Below, piece by piece: positions 39,950 to 52,840 of a DNA stretch of 64,000 bases; position 1 is the stretch's first letter; each line of letters begins with the position of its first letter. The position numbers and the translations under genes are program-made. The notes under the pieces were generated by a model. That model had not been told where the DNA came from. It saw nothing but the letters and a program-made list of their open reading frames with translations, and did no database searches. This DNA comes from Camelus dromedarius (lineage: Eukaryota), in the NCBI RefSeq assembly GCF_036321535.1, contig NC_087472.1, forward strand, positions 96,722,001-96,786,000, in the 5' to 3' direction.

Positions 39950-42454
39950 GCTGGGCCAGCAGTTCTTAAGAGTGTAGTCCCTGGAACAGCAGCATCAGGA
40001 TCACCAGGGAACTTGTTAGAAATGGAAATTTTCAGGCCCCATCCCAGACCTACCTACTCAGACACTCAAGGTTAGGGTCAGCAGTTTGTGTTTTAGTAAG
40101 CCCTCTGGGGGATTTTTGGCAAGCCCATGATATTTGAGAATGACCGATGTACTAGATTCCCTCAGGGCAGTGGTGTCTGCACATAGTGGGACTCTTCACA
40201 TCGTGTCCCTTGGAAAACTGGTGAGACCAACGCAGACTGTAGGTTTTGGGGTCATAGACAGCTTATGGAGGCAGGGACCCAGTTGCCAGAATTGCCATAT
40301 CACACTGAGACTTGGTCCTGGGAAGAGTAGCAGTGCCGTCACCAGAATTGGGCCCTGAACCAAACTGACCTGACATTGAGCTCCCTGGAGTCCTCGTGAC
40401 AGGATTGAGCCTAGATCCTTGGATGGCACAGCAGTTGTCGATGGGAGCCCAGTGGCTCCAGCTGTGGGAAATTGTTGGCTTTGGGGGCAAATACCAGTAA
40501 GATCTTTCTAGCATGGGCTTGATGTTGTTTATAGCAGTCTTCGAGGGGTGAGGCAGATGGTTACTGTTCCTCTGCCTGCTTCAGCCCCAGCTCTGGAACA
40601 CTGAATCATGTCTACCTGCCCTAAATTGTAAAAATAATCAAACATCATCTCAGTCTGTTACGGTTTAGATAGTAGATGGATTGGGTGGGGAGGGTGAGCT
40701 TGGCTGCTGGTGGAGAAGCATATGTAGCTGCCCTTTGAGGAGAAGTCTTTTTTTATCTTATGTGCCACAGCATATGTTGCAAAAGATTTTTTGTATTCAC
40801 AATCAAGCTAGTAGGATGCAAATCTGAGTTGTATTCTGACTTATTTTTAAGTCAGTGGGAAGGAGTTTTGTCTTTTATTTTGTACCTAGGGTAAGCCAGA
40901 ACAAAGCAATTAACTATTTTCACTAGATATAAAACCTTAGTGATCTGTTTGGAATGATGAACAAATTCTGGAAATAAATGGTGGTGATAATTGTATAACA
41001 TTGTGAATGTAATTAATGCCACTGAATGTACACCTATAAATGGTTAAAATGGTAAATTTTTTGTTATGATCATTGCTTTGATCAGCAATGATCTACATTT
41101 TTTTCCTTGAAATTGCTACAATAAAACAAATAAAATGTTAGTGATTGAAAGAGAATTTCTGATACTGTTTCAGTGTCGTTTAGTTCCTATTTTATATTTT
41201 CTTTTTTATCTGTCTCTGTCTCTTTTTTTAATGGATACTATGACCTTGAACAAGTCACTTAATTGCTTATATTCTGTTTTCTGTTCAGTGGTGTTTGGAT
41301 AAAAGTACTGTAAGAAAACCCTTAAAGTGATGACATATGTTATTTTTCTCTCAGAAATTTAAAATACTGAGAAGAGTGCCATATTCGTGGTAAATGCTTG
41401 ATCTGTCTACCAATGGGTCTGAGAATCATATCATATTTTAAGAACAGTTGGAGCAACTGGAAGAACATAACTTATAAGAAACCAGCATGTTCGGTTTACT
41501 AGCACTATGATCTTGGATTAGTCACTTGGACTCTGAATATTTCCTTATAATTTTTGCTTACTTACCACATAGAGTTGTTATATAGAATAGAGATAAATCA
41601 TGTGAACGTGCTTTGTAAGTTAAGATGCTATATATAGATAAATTACTATAAAAATTAGAGAATAGTAACTACTTTTATGAATTCAAAGTACTGTCATATG
41701 AAGGAGTAATCAACATTGTCATAAATAGGACCAATGAATGCAAATTATTGTAAGGATTTTTTTAAGAAATCTCAATGCTTAAAAGAAAAGTTTCTGACAA
41801 TTAAAGCCAGCTACTAAAAGGTAGACAAGTGCATTTTAAGGTAGTGAGCTCCCTGACCCCAAGATATTCTCTGACCCTGGGGCCTGCCTCTCAGGGTATT
41901 GTAGAAAGGATTTTGGATCAGAAGGCAAAGTCCCTGCAGAAACTCAAAGACTTTATGTTTTGGGGGACCTGGGAAAACGGAGAGCATCTTTACTAGGTTC
42001 ACCTATGTTTTTTTTTTAACCTAAACCCCTAAAGTAAATGATGGATTTTCATTTTGGCAGATGTTACTTGGTTGTCTGTTATGTGCTAAATGTGATAGGT
42101 AAAAGCCTTCTTTCTTGTCTTATTTTCAGGAATTTCCCATATCAGCTATTATCTACATTTTTTTCCTCGAAATTGTGAAGGTTTGAAATATACACCTTTA
42201 ATTTATGGCAGATTATTTTGAACAATACTATGTATGGCTAAACTATTTTTTCTTCTTATGTTATCATTCTTACTATCTTTTTATTTGCTTACATTGCACA
42301 CTTTTAATTTGTATGTCCCAAGGTTTCTGTGGTCGTCGTGGTTGTCATATGCGTAAATACAGTTCTTTTGGAAACAGGAAAAAGGAAAATGAAAAATTAT
42401 CTTCCTTACCGGTCATGTATGGAATAATAATGAATTTTTATATTTTGTTTCAAG

Positions 42455-42535
42455 GTCAGTGGGGAGAAATTATATGACTGGGGTTTACGAGGATACATAG
42501 TCGTAGAAGATTTATGGAAGGAGAACTTTCAAAAG
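42455..42535 (+). CDS. APOO: APOO coding exon 7 ([27 protein letters not shown]), 81 nt
   Basis: tttcaag| acceptor, |gtgaga donor, phase 0-0. Confidence 0.95.
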
Positions 42536-42855
42536 GTGAGAAAGATCTTTTTCATTATCTTCCTTTTGGTTTAAATACGTAGTTTCTCTAGGATTTTAGA
42601 AAATTCTTGATAACCACGTTGCTTGCTCTTGCTTTTTCTGTTTGTTTTCCTTTATGCCTCAGCTCAGATTCTCTGGTGGCCTTTATTGGAGGAACAATAG
42701 AATTTCTATGCATTTCGTTATTTTCAGCAGGTCTGAATAAGTAATGACCATAAAATGCATTCCACCTCAGTCTTAGACCGTAATTTCCACTATATTGCTT
42801 TACAATTTGCTGAAAGTGTTGCATATTATCTGATAATTTTATCAAAACTAGATTT

Positions 42856-42988
42856 GGGGGTGGGGGGTGGGGGTATAGCTCAGTGCTAGAGTGCGTGCTT
42901 GGCATGCATGAGGTCCTGGGTTCAATCCCCAGTGCTTCCGTTAAGGAAAAATAATTAAAAATAAATTTTTAAAAATTAAAAAATAAAG
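42856..42988 (+). mobile_element. tRNA-Ala-derived SINE (camelid vic-1-like) with A-rich tail and TSD
   Basis: ggggtatagctcagtgctagag...gggttcaatccccagtgcttcc (A/B boxes), A-rich tail, flanking aaaactag(a/t)tt repeats. Confidence 0.85.
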
Positions 42989-44519
42989 AAAACTAGTTTC
43001 AAAGGGAACATGCTGTGCTCCCAGAAAAAGACAAATAACCAAGCCGCCTCCTCTTGCTATTTCATCATAGGCTTCATTCTTTCCTTTATCAGTACTGTAT
43101 CTGCCCGTCACCTAGCCATCTGGGCTCAGTTAAGGGTGGAAGCCATGGCATGTTGGGGACCAGCCGCCAGTTATAGGCCATGTCCTCTGTGTTGACTGGC
43201 GGATGAGCAGCAGAGGGAAGGAGGTTGTGGAATTATAAGGACCTGTCATTTTTCGTCTTTTCTCACAGCCCATGTTTAGATGTTGCCCATGTTTGCTGGA
43301 ACATTCTCTCTTTCCTCTGATAAGGCATAGAGCAAGTCATATCTCCTCCAAGTGCCTGTCAGGCACAGCTTGATAAGGAATAGTTAGGGTTCTTATACTA
43401 GCATACCTTCTGTATCATAGAAGACTTTTCACTCCTGTCATCTCAAATCAAAATACTCCTTTACAAAATATAAATAACTATCTCAAAATTAAAATCCAGG
43501 ATTTCACATTGGAATTTGGAAGTAACATTATAGAATAAACTATACACCTGCCCCATTTGTTACATAAATAGTCTTCTAGTGAAATCTCAAGACTAATTTT
43601 TGTACTGATAATTTTTAAAGGAATTAGTCTCTATCAAGCCTGTTTAAACTAGCTCTTGAATAGGAAGTTCTGTATTAATATAAAGTGCCCTTTGGCAATC
43701 CCTTTTAAAGAATAAACACTCATAGTTTTATTTTCATTTCTCTGACATTTTCTTTGGAAGCTTTCTTTCCTGTTTAAAAATCTCCTTAAGTCCACACTGA
43801 GTTTAATATGGGAAAGGAAACAGAATGTCAGGAAAGCTATACACAGCCTTAGAAAGAAATGAGGAAAATGAAACTCAGCCTCTGAGTGATCACTGCAGTG
43901 TTGAGCAGATGTGTGCACACTGATGGGACTATGGTTGGAATACAAGCTAAAAAGGCCAGCATTTTGTGATAATTTGAAAACGTTAGATATTAAAGCAACT
44001 CAAATTTATATGCAAGTTGTTAGGGAGTGAGATAGTAAAGCTGTCTCATTAGCCCATGGTGCATCTGCGTGTCTTCCTCTGGGCTTCTCTCTGCGCTTGT
44101 CTTCTTCAGTGTCACGAGAACTTAGTGTTCTTCCATTTGTTTACTCTCAAAGCACAGTTCTCCCGACAGCTCTCTGTCCTGAATAGAAGGTAATAAAATG
44201 GATGTTGACTACTTAAACATTTAGTACAAGTTTTAAGTGAAAAATAGCAGAAGGCCCTATTAGTTCAAGATTTGCTATGCTTAGATTTCGGGAGTTATTT
44301 GATAGTGAAATGCCATTGTTTTTTATTGATTCCCTTGCCCCCCCCCCCTTATTGGATCTTGTGGGTTTCAGTATTTTTTTGTTTTGTTTTTGCTTTATTA
44401 GAGCAAATATTTAAGCTGCCCTGAAACAGGAATCTTTTGGGACCTGGGAATTGTCTCTTTCAAGGGAATTGGGGAACACTTTATGAAGTACATTTTTGTT
44501 TCTTAGCTTATTTGGAAAT

Positions 44520-44705
44520 TTTTTTTAACTTTTTTTATTGAGTTATAGTCATTTTACAACGTTGTGTCAAATTCTAGTGTAGAGCACAATTTTTCAGTTA
44601 TACATGAGCATACATATATTCATTGTCACTCTTTTTCGCTGTGAGCTACCACAAAATCTTGTACATATTTCCCTGTGCTATACACTATAATCTTATTTAT
44701 CTATT
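44520..44705 (-). mobile_element. Lineage-type L1 3'UTR fragment
   Basis: ttttattgagttatagtcattttacaa...ccctgtgctatac, similar to copies at 46430 and 49150. Confidence 0.8.
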
Positions 44706-46426
44706 AGTTTTTAAGTCAAGCTTCCATTACCAGTTTCAGGTGCAATCCTATTCATAATTGTGCTATAATAATGTAACAGATGTACATATTTTCAGTTGTA
44801 TGTAGTCAAAGAAATTTGTAGACATTGTGTTTAAAGTGGGGCCCTGAAATTTTAAGTGGTATGAATGATGGTTCAGTTCTCAATTATGTTATTTCCCATA
44901 ATGTGTCAGAACTGTGAATCAAAGATGGCTGTGTGCAGAAATATTGTCATCATAGTGGGTCTAGGTTTTTGTTTTATTTTTTTGAGATAAAAGAACACAA
45001 AATATGTTATAAATATAACATATGTAAATATAAAATAACTGTATATATCTATATACATACAGTTTAAAATCCAACAATATAATGACCACACATATACCAA
45101 CCAACCACCCATCTTTAAAAACAGGAAATTACCAGTGTCTTCCAAGTTCTCCATGGGCTCTTCCAGCTCCCCATAAAGAACCACTATCTAGAATTTGGGG
45201 CTTTTCATTCCTTTGTGTTTTCTTTTAGTTTAACCATGTATATATTTTTTCTAAAACACCGTAGTTGAGCTTGCCTGTTTTTTGCCTTTGTAATACAAAT
45301 AGCTATATCAAAATACATATAAATAAATATATAGTTTATCTAGATGGAGTCTTACTACATGTATTATTTAGTAAGTTGTTTTGTTCCCTAAACATAATGT
45401 TTATGGACTATATGTGGCTGTAGCTTATTAATTTTTGCTGCTATAGAATATTTCCTTGTGGGAAAGTACCCATGTTGATGGCTAGTTGGGTGGTTTTCAG
45501 TATATTGTTGTTGCACACGCAGGTCTGAGCATATTTTTGTATGTGTGTCTTGATTTATTAAGAGTTTTTCTAGACCAGGATTCCTTGTTCATAGGATCTG
45601 CACATCAATTTTACTAGATGGCGGCAAATTTTCCATTTTTGCCAGTCTGGTGGCTTTATAATAGTTTTTCACTATGGTGTGTATGTTGTGTGTGTGTGTG
45701 TGTTTGTGTGTATGTATGTGTGCGGCTTTATTTTGTTCCCCAATTATTATTTTGAAAAAATTTCAAAACTACAGAACAATTATAGGAATGATATAAACGA
45801 ATATATGCTTCACTTAGATTCACCAGTTAACATTTTGCTACACTTGCTTTGTCTTTTTATACATGCTCAGGCACTTACACATATGTGTATTTATTTTTAT
45901 GCACCATTTGAGAGTTAGTTGTAGATATTGTGCTTTGTAATCATATCTAATTCAGTGTGTATTTCCAAAGAGCATGGACATTCACTAATATAATGACATT
46001 ACCATTATCATACTCAGGAAAGTTGACATTTCATTGTTTATATAAACATTATCTAATATATAGTCCATAGTCATATTCCCCCAGTTGCCCCAATAATTTG
46101 CTTTCCTTTAACAATTTTTTCATTTCTTTTTTCTATAGCTGAGTGAATTATTATAAGGCACACATTCTTATAGCCATTATCTGGGACAAAAAACCAGAAT
46201 TTTGCCAGCCTCCCCAGAAGCTCTTCCATGTAACTCACCCCAATCACACTCCTCTCTTGCTGTGCAAAACTACCGACTATCGTGACTTTTGTCATAATTA
46301 CTTCCTTGTCTTTCTTAATGGCTTTATCACCTAAGTATTTATCCCTTTCAGTTAAGTCTTGCCTGTCATTATTATTTTTACTTGATATTCCTTTGAAGTC
46401 TTATTTTCCCCTTGTAAGTCACTTTT

Positions 46427-46730
46427 TAAAAAATATTTTTTATTGATTTATAATCATTTTACAATGTTGTGTCAAATTCCAGTGTAGAGCACAATTTTTC
46501 AGTTATACATGAACATATATATATATTCATTGTCACATTTTTTTCTCTGTGAGCTACCATAAGATCTCGTGTATATTTCCCTGTGCTATACAGTATAATC
46601 TTGTTTATCTATTCTAAAATTTTGAAATCCTGTCTATCCCTTCCCACCCTCCGCCCCCTTGGCAACCACAAGTTTGTATTCTGTGTCTATGAGTCTGTTT
46701 CTGTTTTGTATTTATGCTTTGTTTGTTTTT
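46427..46730 (-). mobile_element. Lineage-type L1 3'UTR fragment with TSD gtcactttt
   Basis: TSD at 46418-46426 and 46731-46739; same family as 44520 copy. Confidence 0.82.
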
Positions 46731-49079
46731 GTCACTTTTAATCTAGAAGTTCTCCTTCCATCCTCCTCTTTTCCTTAACGCTGTTATCTGTTAAGAGAAC
46801 CTGGCATGTTGGACCTGTGGCATTTCCAGCAGTTTGGGTTGTGTTGATTGCACACTGATAGTGTAGTTGAACATGCTCCTCTCTTCTCTGCATTTCCAAC
46901 AGATGGACTGCTGGACCTAGAGGCTACATAATCAAGTCTGTGTTTGATCTTGTTGGCAAGGCTGTAGGTCTGTGTGGGCACCTACGCTTCACTTCAGCAT
47001 TTTAGTGATTGTCGAGGCTCAGTGCCTAGATCCCCTGATTCACTGGGAGCTGGAAATGGTGATATTCTACTTCTGTCATTTCATTTTCACATATTAGCTG
47101 GAATACTTTAATAAGGAGCTGCTTTTCCTCATCTTCAGAAGGTCACCAATTAGTTTTTTTTAAGTAACATGAATTTGTAGATTTAAACATATTTAGGTTT
47201 GAATTTTTTATAATCCTTATCCTTATTAAAGTTCAGATTATCCCATTTTAGCAAGTAGAACTTGACTCTGCATCCTTTTACATTACTCAACTAGTCTGCA
47301 ATAGTTCCCTTGCTATCTGGGATGTCACAGTGGTCCCAGAATTTCTCATTGTTGTTTTAATGTACATTTCTTTGATTGCTAATGAGGTTGAGCATCTTTT
47401 CACGTTTCTTGGTTTCTTCTTCTTGAAATGCCTATTGATGTCTTTTGGTCATTTTTCATGTGGGTCATTTGTCCCTTTCTTAATAATTTATAAGGATTCT
47501 GTACTTTTCCCCAGATGCTAATAATTTTGGTCACATGTTTGCAGATGTCTTCTCCCAGTTTGAGGCTTGTCTTTTGAGTTTTGGTATCTTTTGATGAGCA
47601 GAAGTTCTTAGTGTAGTTGATTCATTGATCTTTTCCATTATTCATTGATCTTCTCCATTTCACTCTTTGTCTCTAGAGGCTTAATAAAAGCATGAAACTC
47701 TTTATTGCTTGTCCATTGCTAATCTGAAGCCCTTTCAGAATAGTCTAAACCCAAGGTCTGAGTATCAGAGTTGGAGGCCTCTTGTGGGTGTCGGGTGCCA
47801 GGGTAACAGATGGCACTTTTGGAGTTGTCTTCTAAATTAGCCAAACACAGCAGTGTATCTCAGTAAAAGCCATGTTTAGTTTTCACTAGGGTTTTTTTTT
47901 TTTTATAAATGTAACAAGTTACTATCAAAGAATTGTAGAATGACTCAAAGGCCAACAATAACTAAAAAGAAAAATCTTAATAATTCTTTAAAGGACAGGA
48001 AATACATAAAGAAATATAAACCTGTTACTAATGTGAAAACTGAGCAGAACTTCTAAAGCTACACTTTGCACAGTTGTATTCACGCCCTTGCTGGCTCAGC
48101 GGGAAAATGAACGGGAAGCAGCAGCCATCATGCTGAGTAAATGTGGCCAGCTTCCTCTTCCTGCATTTGAAATTCCTCAGCTTTCTAAACACTCAAGTTT
48201 AGCTGTAAGTAAGTTACATGATTTAAAAGTGATCGTCTTTGAAATAAGGAGTCACAGAAGGTGAAATACAATATGATTCCACTTACATGAGGTGTCAAAA
48301 ATAATCAGACTTGTGTAAGCTGAGAGTAGAATGATGGTTGCCAGGGGCTGGGGTTGGGGAAACGGGGAGTTGCTATTCAGTGGGTATAAAGTTTCAGTTG
48401 TGCAGGATGAATGAGTTCTAGAGATCTGCTGTACAACATCGTGCTTATAGTTAACAATACTGTATTATACACTTAAAAATTTGTCAAGAGGGTAGATCTC
48501 ATGATAAGTGTTCTTAACCACAATAAAATGAAAATGAAAATAAGGACAATATGGTGGGTTTTCTGTAAAGCTAAATTTGTTCTGAATTAGTGCCCTTTCT
48601 AGTTTTTGCTATTTAAAATTCTAAGACATAAAGGTACTAGGCAATGATTTTTCTTTTTTCTTTTGTTTTTAAGCATCATTACTTAGCAAAATAAAAAGTA
48701 AGAAATCCTGAAAAATACATCTCTTTCTTCAAAAGGCATACACTTTTGGTATCAGAAAGGGCAGACAAGGCAGGCTGCAGCATGGCCTGATGGCTAAGAG
48801 AGTGGACTCCAGAGTGGGTGCACCAAGCTCTCCCATCACTCCCACCCCCACTTCTTACAAGCCTTGTAAATTGCTCCAGTGCTCTGGGAAATGGAGGTAA
48901 TACCTCCTGGCACTGTTTTGAGGATTAAGTGAGTTTATCCACATGAGAAGCCCAAAATGGACAGACTCTAGCACCTGATAGCCATGATGGATGTCATGTG
49001 ACGTATGCACATGAGAAGGTAACATCTCCTCATGGAAAATGGAGCCTTAGTGCTTAGACTCATTAGTCAAAACCTCCTA

Positions 49080-49888
49080 TCAGTGTTTTCTCTCCTATTG
49101 CTGCCATAACAAATGGCCACAAATTTACTGACTGAAAGTAATACAAGTTTGGACAGACTGGGATTTCAAAATTTGTAGATACTGACAAGCATATGCAGAA
49201 TAGATAAACAAGATTATACTGTGTAGCACAGGGAAATATATACAAGATCTTGTGGTAGCTCCCAGCAAAAAAAATGTTACATTGAATATATATATGTTCA
49301 TGTATAACTGAAAAATTGTGCTCTACACTGGAATTTGACCCAACATTGTAAAATGACTATAACTTAATAAAAAGTGTTAAAAAAATTTGTTATCTCAGAC
49401 TCTAGGTCAGAAGTCCACTGCTAAGTTAGGGTGTCAGCAGGGCTACATTCCTTTCTGGAGATTCCAGGGGAGAATCCACTTCCTGCTCCTTCAGGTTGTT
49501 GACAGAATTCAGTTTCTTGTGGTTATAGGACCAAGGTCTGTTTTGCTGGCTGTCAGCTGGCAGCTGTTCCCTGCTTCTAGACACTGCAGCAATTCCTTGG
49601 CTCACAGCCCTCTTACAGCCACTACAGATCAAGTCCTTTTCATGTCCCATTTCTTTGACCCTGCCTTCTGTCTTCAGCTTTCCTCTTAGACTACAGGAAC
49701 CCATGTGACTCAATTAGGCCCACCTAGATCATTCAAAATAATCTCCCTATTGTAAAGTCAGCTGATTAGCAACCTTAATTCCAATGCCACCTTAATCCCC
49801 CTTTGCCTTACTGTAAGGTGGTACAGTCACAGATTCTGGGGCTAGGATGAAGACATCTTTGGGGGAGCCATTATTCTGCCTACCACAT
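49080..49888. mobile_element. MLT1-type LTR split by a sense L1 3'UTR insertion (~49150-49385)
   Basis: ctattgctgccataacaaat...ccattattctgcctaccaca MaLR termini; L1 tail ends aataaaaagtgttaaaaaaa. Confidence 0.7.
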
Positions 49889-52804
49889 CCGGTGAACTGA
49901 AATTTCATTTGGGTCTTTAACAGGTCGTTTATCCTTACCATTTATTTCTTCATCAAAAAAGTTAAGTCACCTACTACATAGGATAGGTAATGTTTATTGA
50001 GCATTTCCTGTGAGCTTGGCCCTGGATGCTAAACTCTTTGCTGAGGAAGAGTCTGTGAGGCAAGTTCTATTACTATCTCCTTTTCATAAATGAGGAAACT
50101 GCATTTTGGAGACATTAAGTAATTGATCAAAATAATTCAACTGGTAAAAAAATTCAGTTGGTGAGGGGATTAGACAGTCCATTGGGTTGCTATACCTCAA
50201 AGGTTTGGCTGGAAATCCCCTTTCACATGGCAGTGCATACTAATTAGGAATAAATGTTTTGATTAAAATGAATGTTTCAATTTTGCTGATAGAAATTATC
50301 ATTCATGTTTGTGGACATGGTAAGAAAATAAAATTTCTCCTGTAGCTTAGCCAAGTTGACACATAAAACTAACCATCACAGTACAGTGTTGTTTAGCTTA
50401 TTCCTCTAGCCCTTTGCAGTCCAATGTGGCAGCCACTAGCTTTTGAGTACTTGAAGTGTAGCTAATCTAAACTGAGGTGTGCTATAAATGCAAATTCATA
50501 CCAAATTTAAGACATGGTACAAATAAAAAGATTATAAACTATATCATGATTTTAATATTCATTGATTTTATATTGATTACATGTTCAAATAATAGTATTT
50601 TAGATGTGTTAGGTTAAATAAAATGTATTAATCACTTAAAAAAAACCAACGAAACCCAGTATGTATTAAAATTAGATTATAAGGAGAATGGTTCCTTTAT
50701 ACGGTATTTTAAATATAATTGACTGAAAACACACAAAAAATTAATTTCTGGCTTGTGCTAAATTACAAACTGTCTTTTGAAGTAGCAGTGTTGTTTTTGC
50801 TGGGATCATGATGATTTCTGCCAAGAGAGATCTGATTTGTAGTAGGATAGATAGGCTCAATACTTCATTAGTGAAATACTTGACTGTCATGTTTTGTTGT
50901 AAGTGATATGTAATCAAACAAGAAAAATTTCCTAGCAACAGAGTTGTTTTCTTCAACCAGAAGAATGTTTTTATGTGCTCATTTTCTTAATGTCCAAAAG
51001 ATAAAAAAGATTATGAATTTAGCATCTTATATTTTTGAGATTAAGATGCTGGCAAATATAGATAGTAGAATATATAAGAAGATCACTAGAAGTACTTGGC
51101 AAGCATTGTGTTGAGGTAATTCATACCTAAAACGTATTTAACTAGGTAGGGAACCACATAGTTTTTATGACAGACCCAATTATTGGACATGGTTATCTCA
51201 CTCAACCTTCCTGAGCCTCTTTTTATCTCTTCTTATTCATCATTAATTACATACACAAACTTTAACACTCATCAGATCTCTAGGTTTGACTTAATTCCAT
51301 CTGTTTATTCAACAAGTGTTTGAATACTGTGTGCTAGGAGGTCCTGGGATATTGTGTCCTTGTGAAGCTTATATGTTAGTGAGGGATTCAAACATGAATG
51401 AAAGAATTACACAAATCAGGAAGTACATGGGTGCTATGAATGTGAGTAAAAGATTCTCATGTAGATCTAAGGGCAGAGGACAGGGGAAGGCCTTGATCTA
51501 GGGATGAATAGCATTTAACCAGGCAAAAATGAGGGTTGACCAGTTTAGGTCAAGGGATGTATTTTGCAAAGGTCTTATCTCAGGAAAGAACTTGACGAGT
51601 TGGAAGAGCAGCAGCAGGAAGACCTCTGGGGCTGTGTGTGTGTAAGTGGCTGTGGAGGAATAGAGTAAGGCACACAGACACTGAGTCCTGTAGAGCTCTG
51701 TTAAGAGCAACAAGTAGACCCCAGTGTTGTACGATGTTCCACCGAGCAGTACATACGGCCTTGTTCCCCAGAACTCCATCATCAAGTGGGTGTTGTCTGT
51801 AGACAGAGTGACCAATATAATTTATCATCCAAACCAGGATACTCTTGAGAGTGAAGGGGGTCGTTATTAATTATGCTAAGACAAGGGGTATAAACCAGTA
51901 TGTATAACTTAAGCAATCCAGGGTGTATGCTCACTGTGCTGAGAACTTCAGTAAGTCTGAATTTGCCTGGAAACCATGCTCTGAAAATCCAAGCTTAGTT
52001 ATGTGTTCTCCCTTTCCCCCTCCTTCACCCATGGATAACTCTGAGAGAAGGCCACCGGTAGAACCTGCACAGAATCTAGACCGCAGAATCACAGCCACAT
52101 TGTCCACTCACCTGGAGCCTAGTGTTTTTTAGATTGCCCTGTCATGAGAGCTCAAATCCTTGACTACATCAGGTCTTATTAAGGTGTTTTCAGGATTAAA
52201 GTGTTAGAAACATGTAGGAAAGAAATTAAGGTCTTAAACATTTAGCACATGAACTTTTCCCACTAGAATCTTTCCTACATCACTTCTCCTGGATGACATG
52301 ACCTAATTATATGTTCCCAGATGGCAGCCAGCAGAATGGGTGTGGTCTGATTATAACCTCTTCAGAGTAAACATGTTTTGTGATTTGGCTCCTATATACA
52401 GAGTGGAGTACCTACAGGAAGCATCCCCATAGATGTAAAGCCTTTTTTAACAATGACAGTGGCATGAGGTAGTAAAGCAATCTTTTCACTGTTGATTGGA
52501 TTTTTTTTTTATATATATAGAATCAGTTGTTGGCCAAATCTGTGTAGTGAGGATTAATGGAGCTTTATTTCTTGCTAGCCTCTGTGCCTGAGTCACTTTC
52601 TACAGCAGGGCCCTCAGGGAGCACTAGTAATTCCTTCAGTTTACTGAAAAATGGGTCACTTTGCATCATTACTCATACTAAAATATTTGCATAATATTCA
52701 GCCAAATACTGAAGATGTACACTTTGAGACAGTCCCCTATTTCTTTAGAAGTTTCATTATTTCTTTTGAAACTGCATTAATATTCTTACTTTTTGTTTTA
52801 CAAG

Positions 52805-52840
52805 CCAGGAAATGTGAAGAGTTCACCCGGAAATAAGTAG
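52805..52840 (+). CDS. APOO: APOO last coding exon (PGNVKSSPGNK*); exon continues as UTR to 52870
   Basis: ttttacaag| acceptor, TAG at 52838-52840, donor cag|gtaaag at 52871; summed CDS 9+108+120+55+96+92+81+36=597 nt = 198 aa. Confidence 0.93.
   Translation, partial: PGNVKSSPGNK

Noticed and set aside
42869..42940. Apparent tRNA-Ala gene (also 32359, 59612, 61626)
   Set aside because: Mutated stems/anticodon, A-rich tails, TSDs and four diverged copies indicate a tRNA-derived SINE
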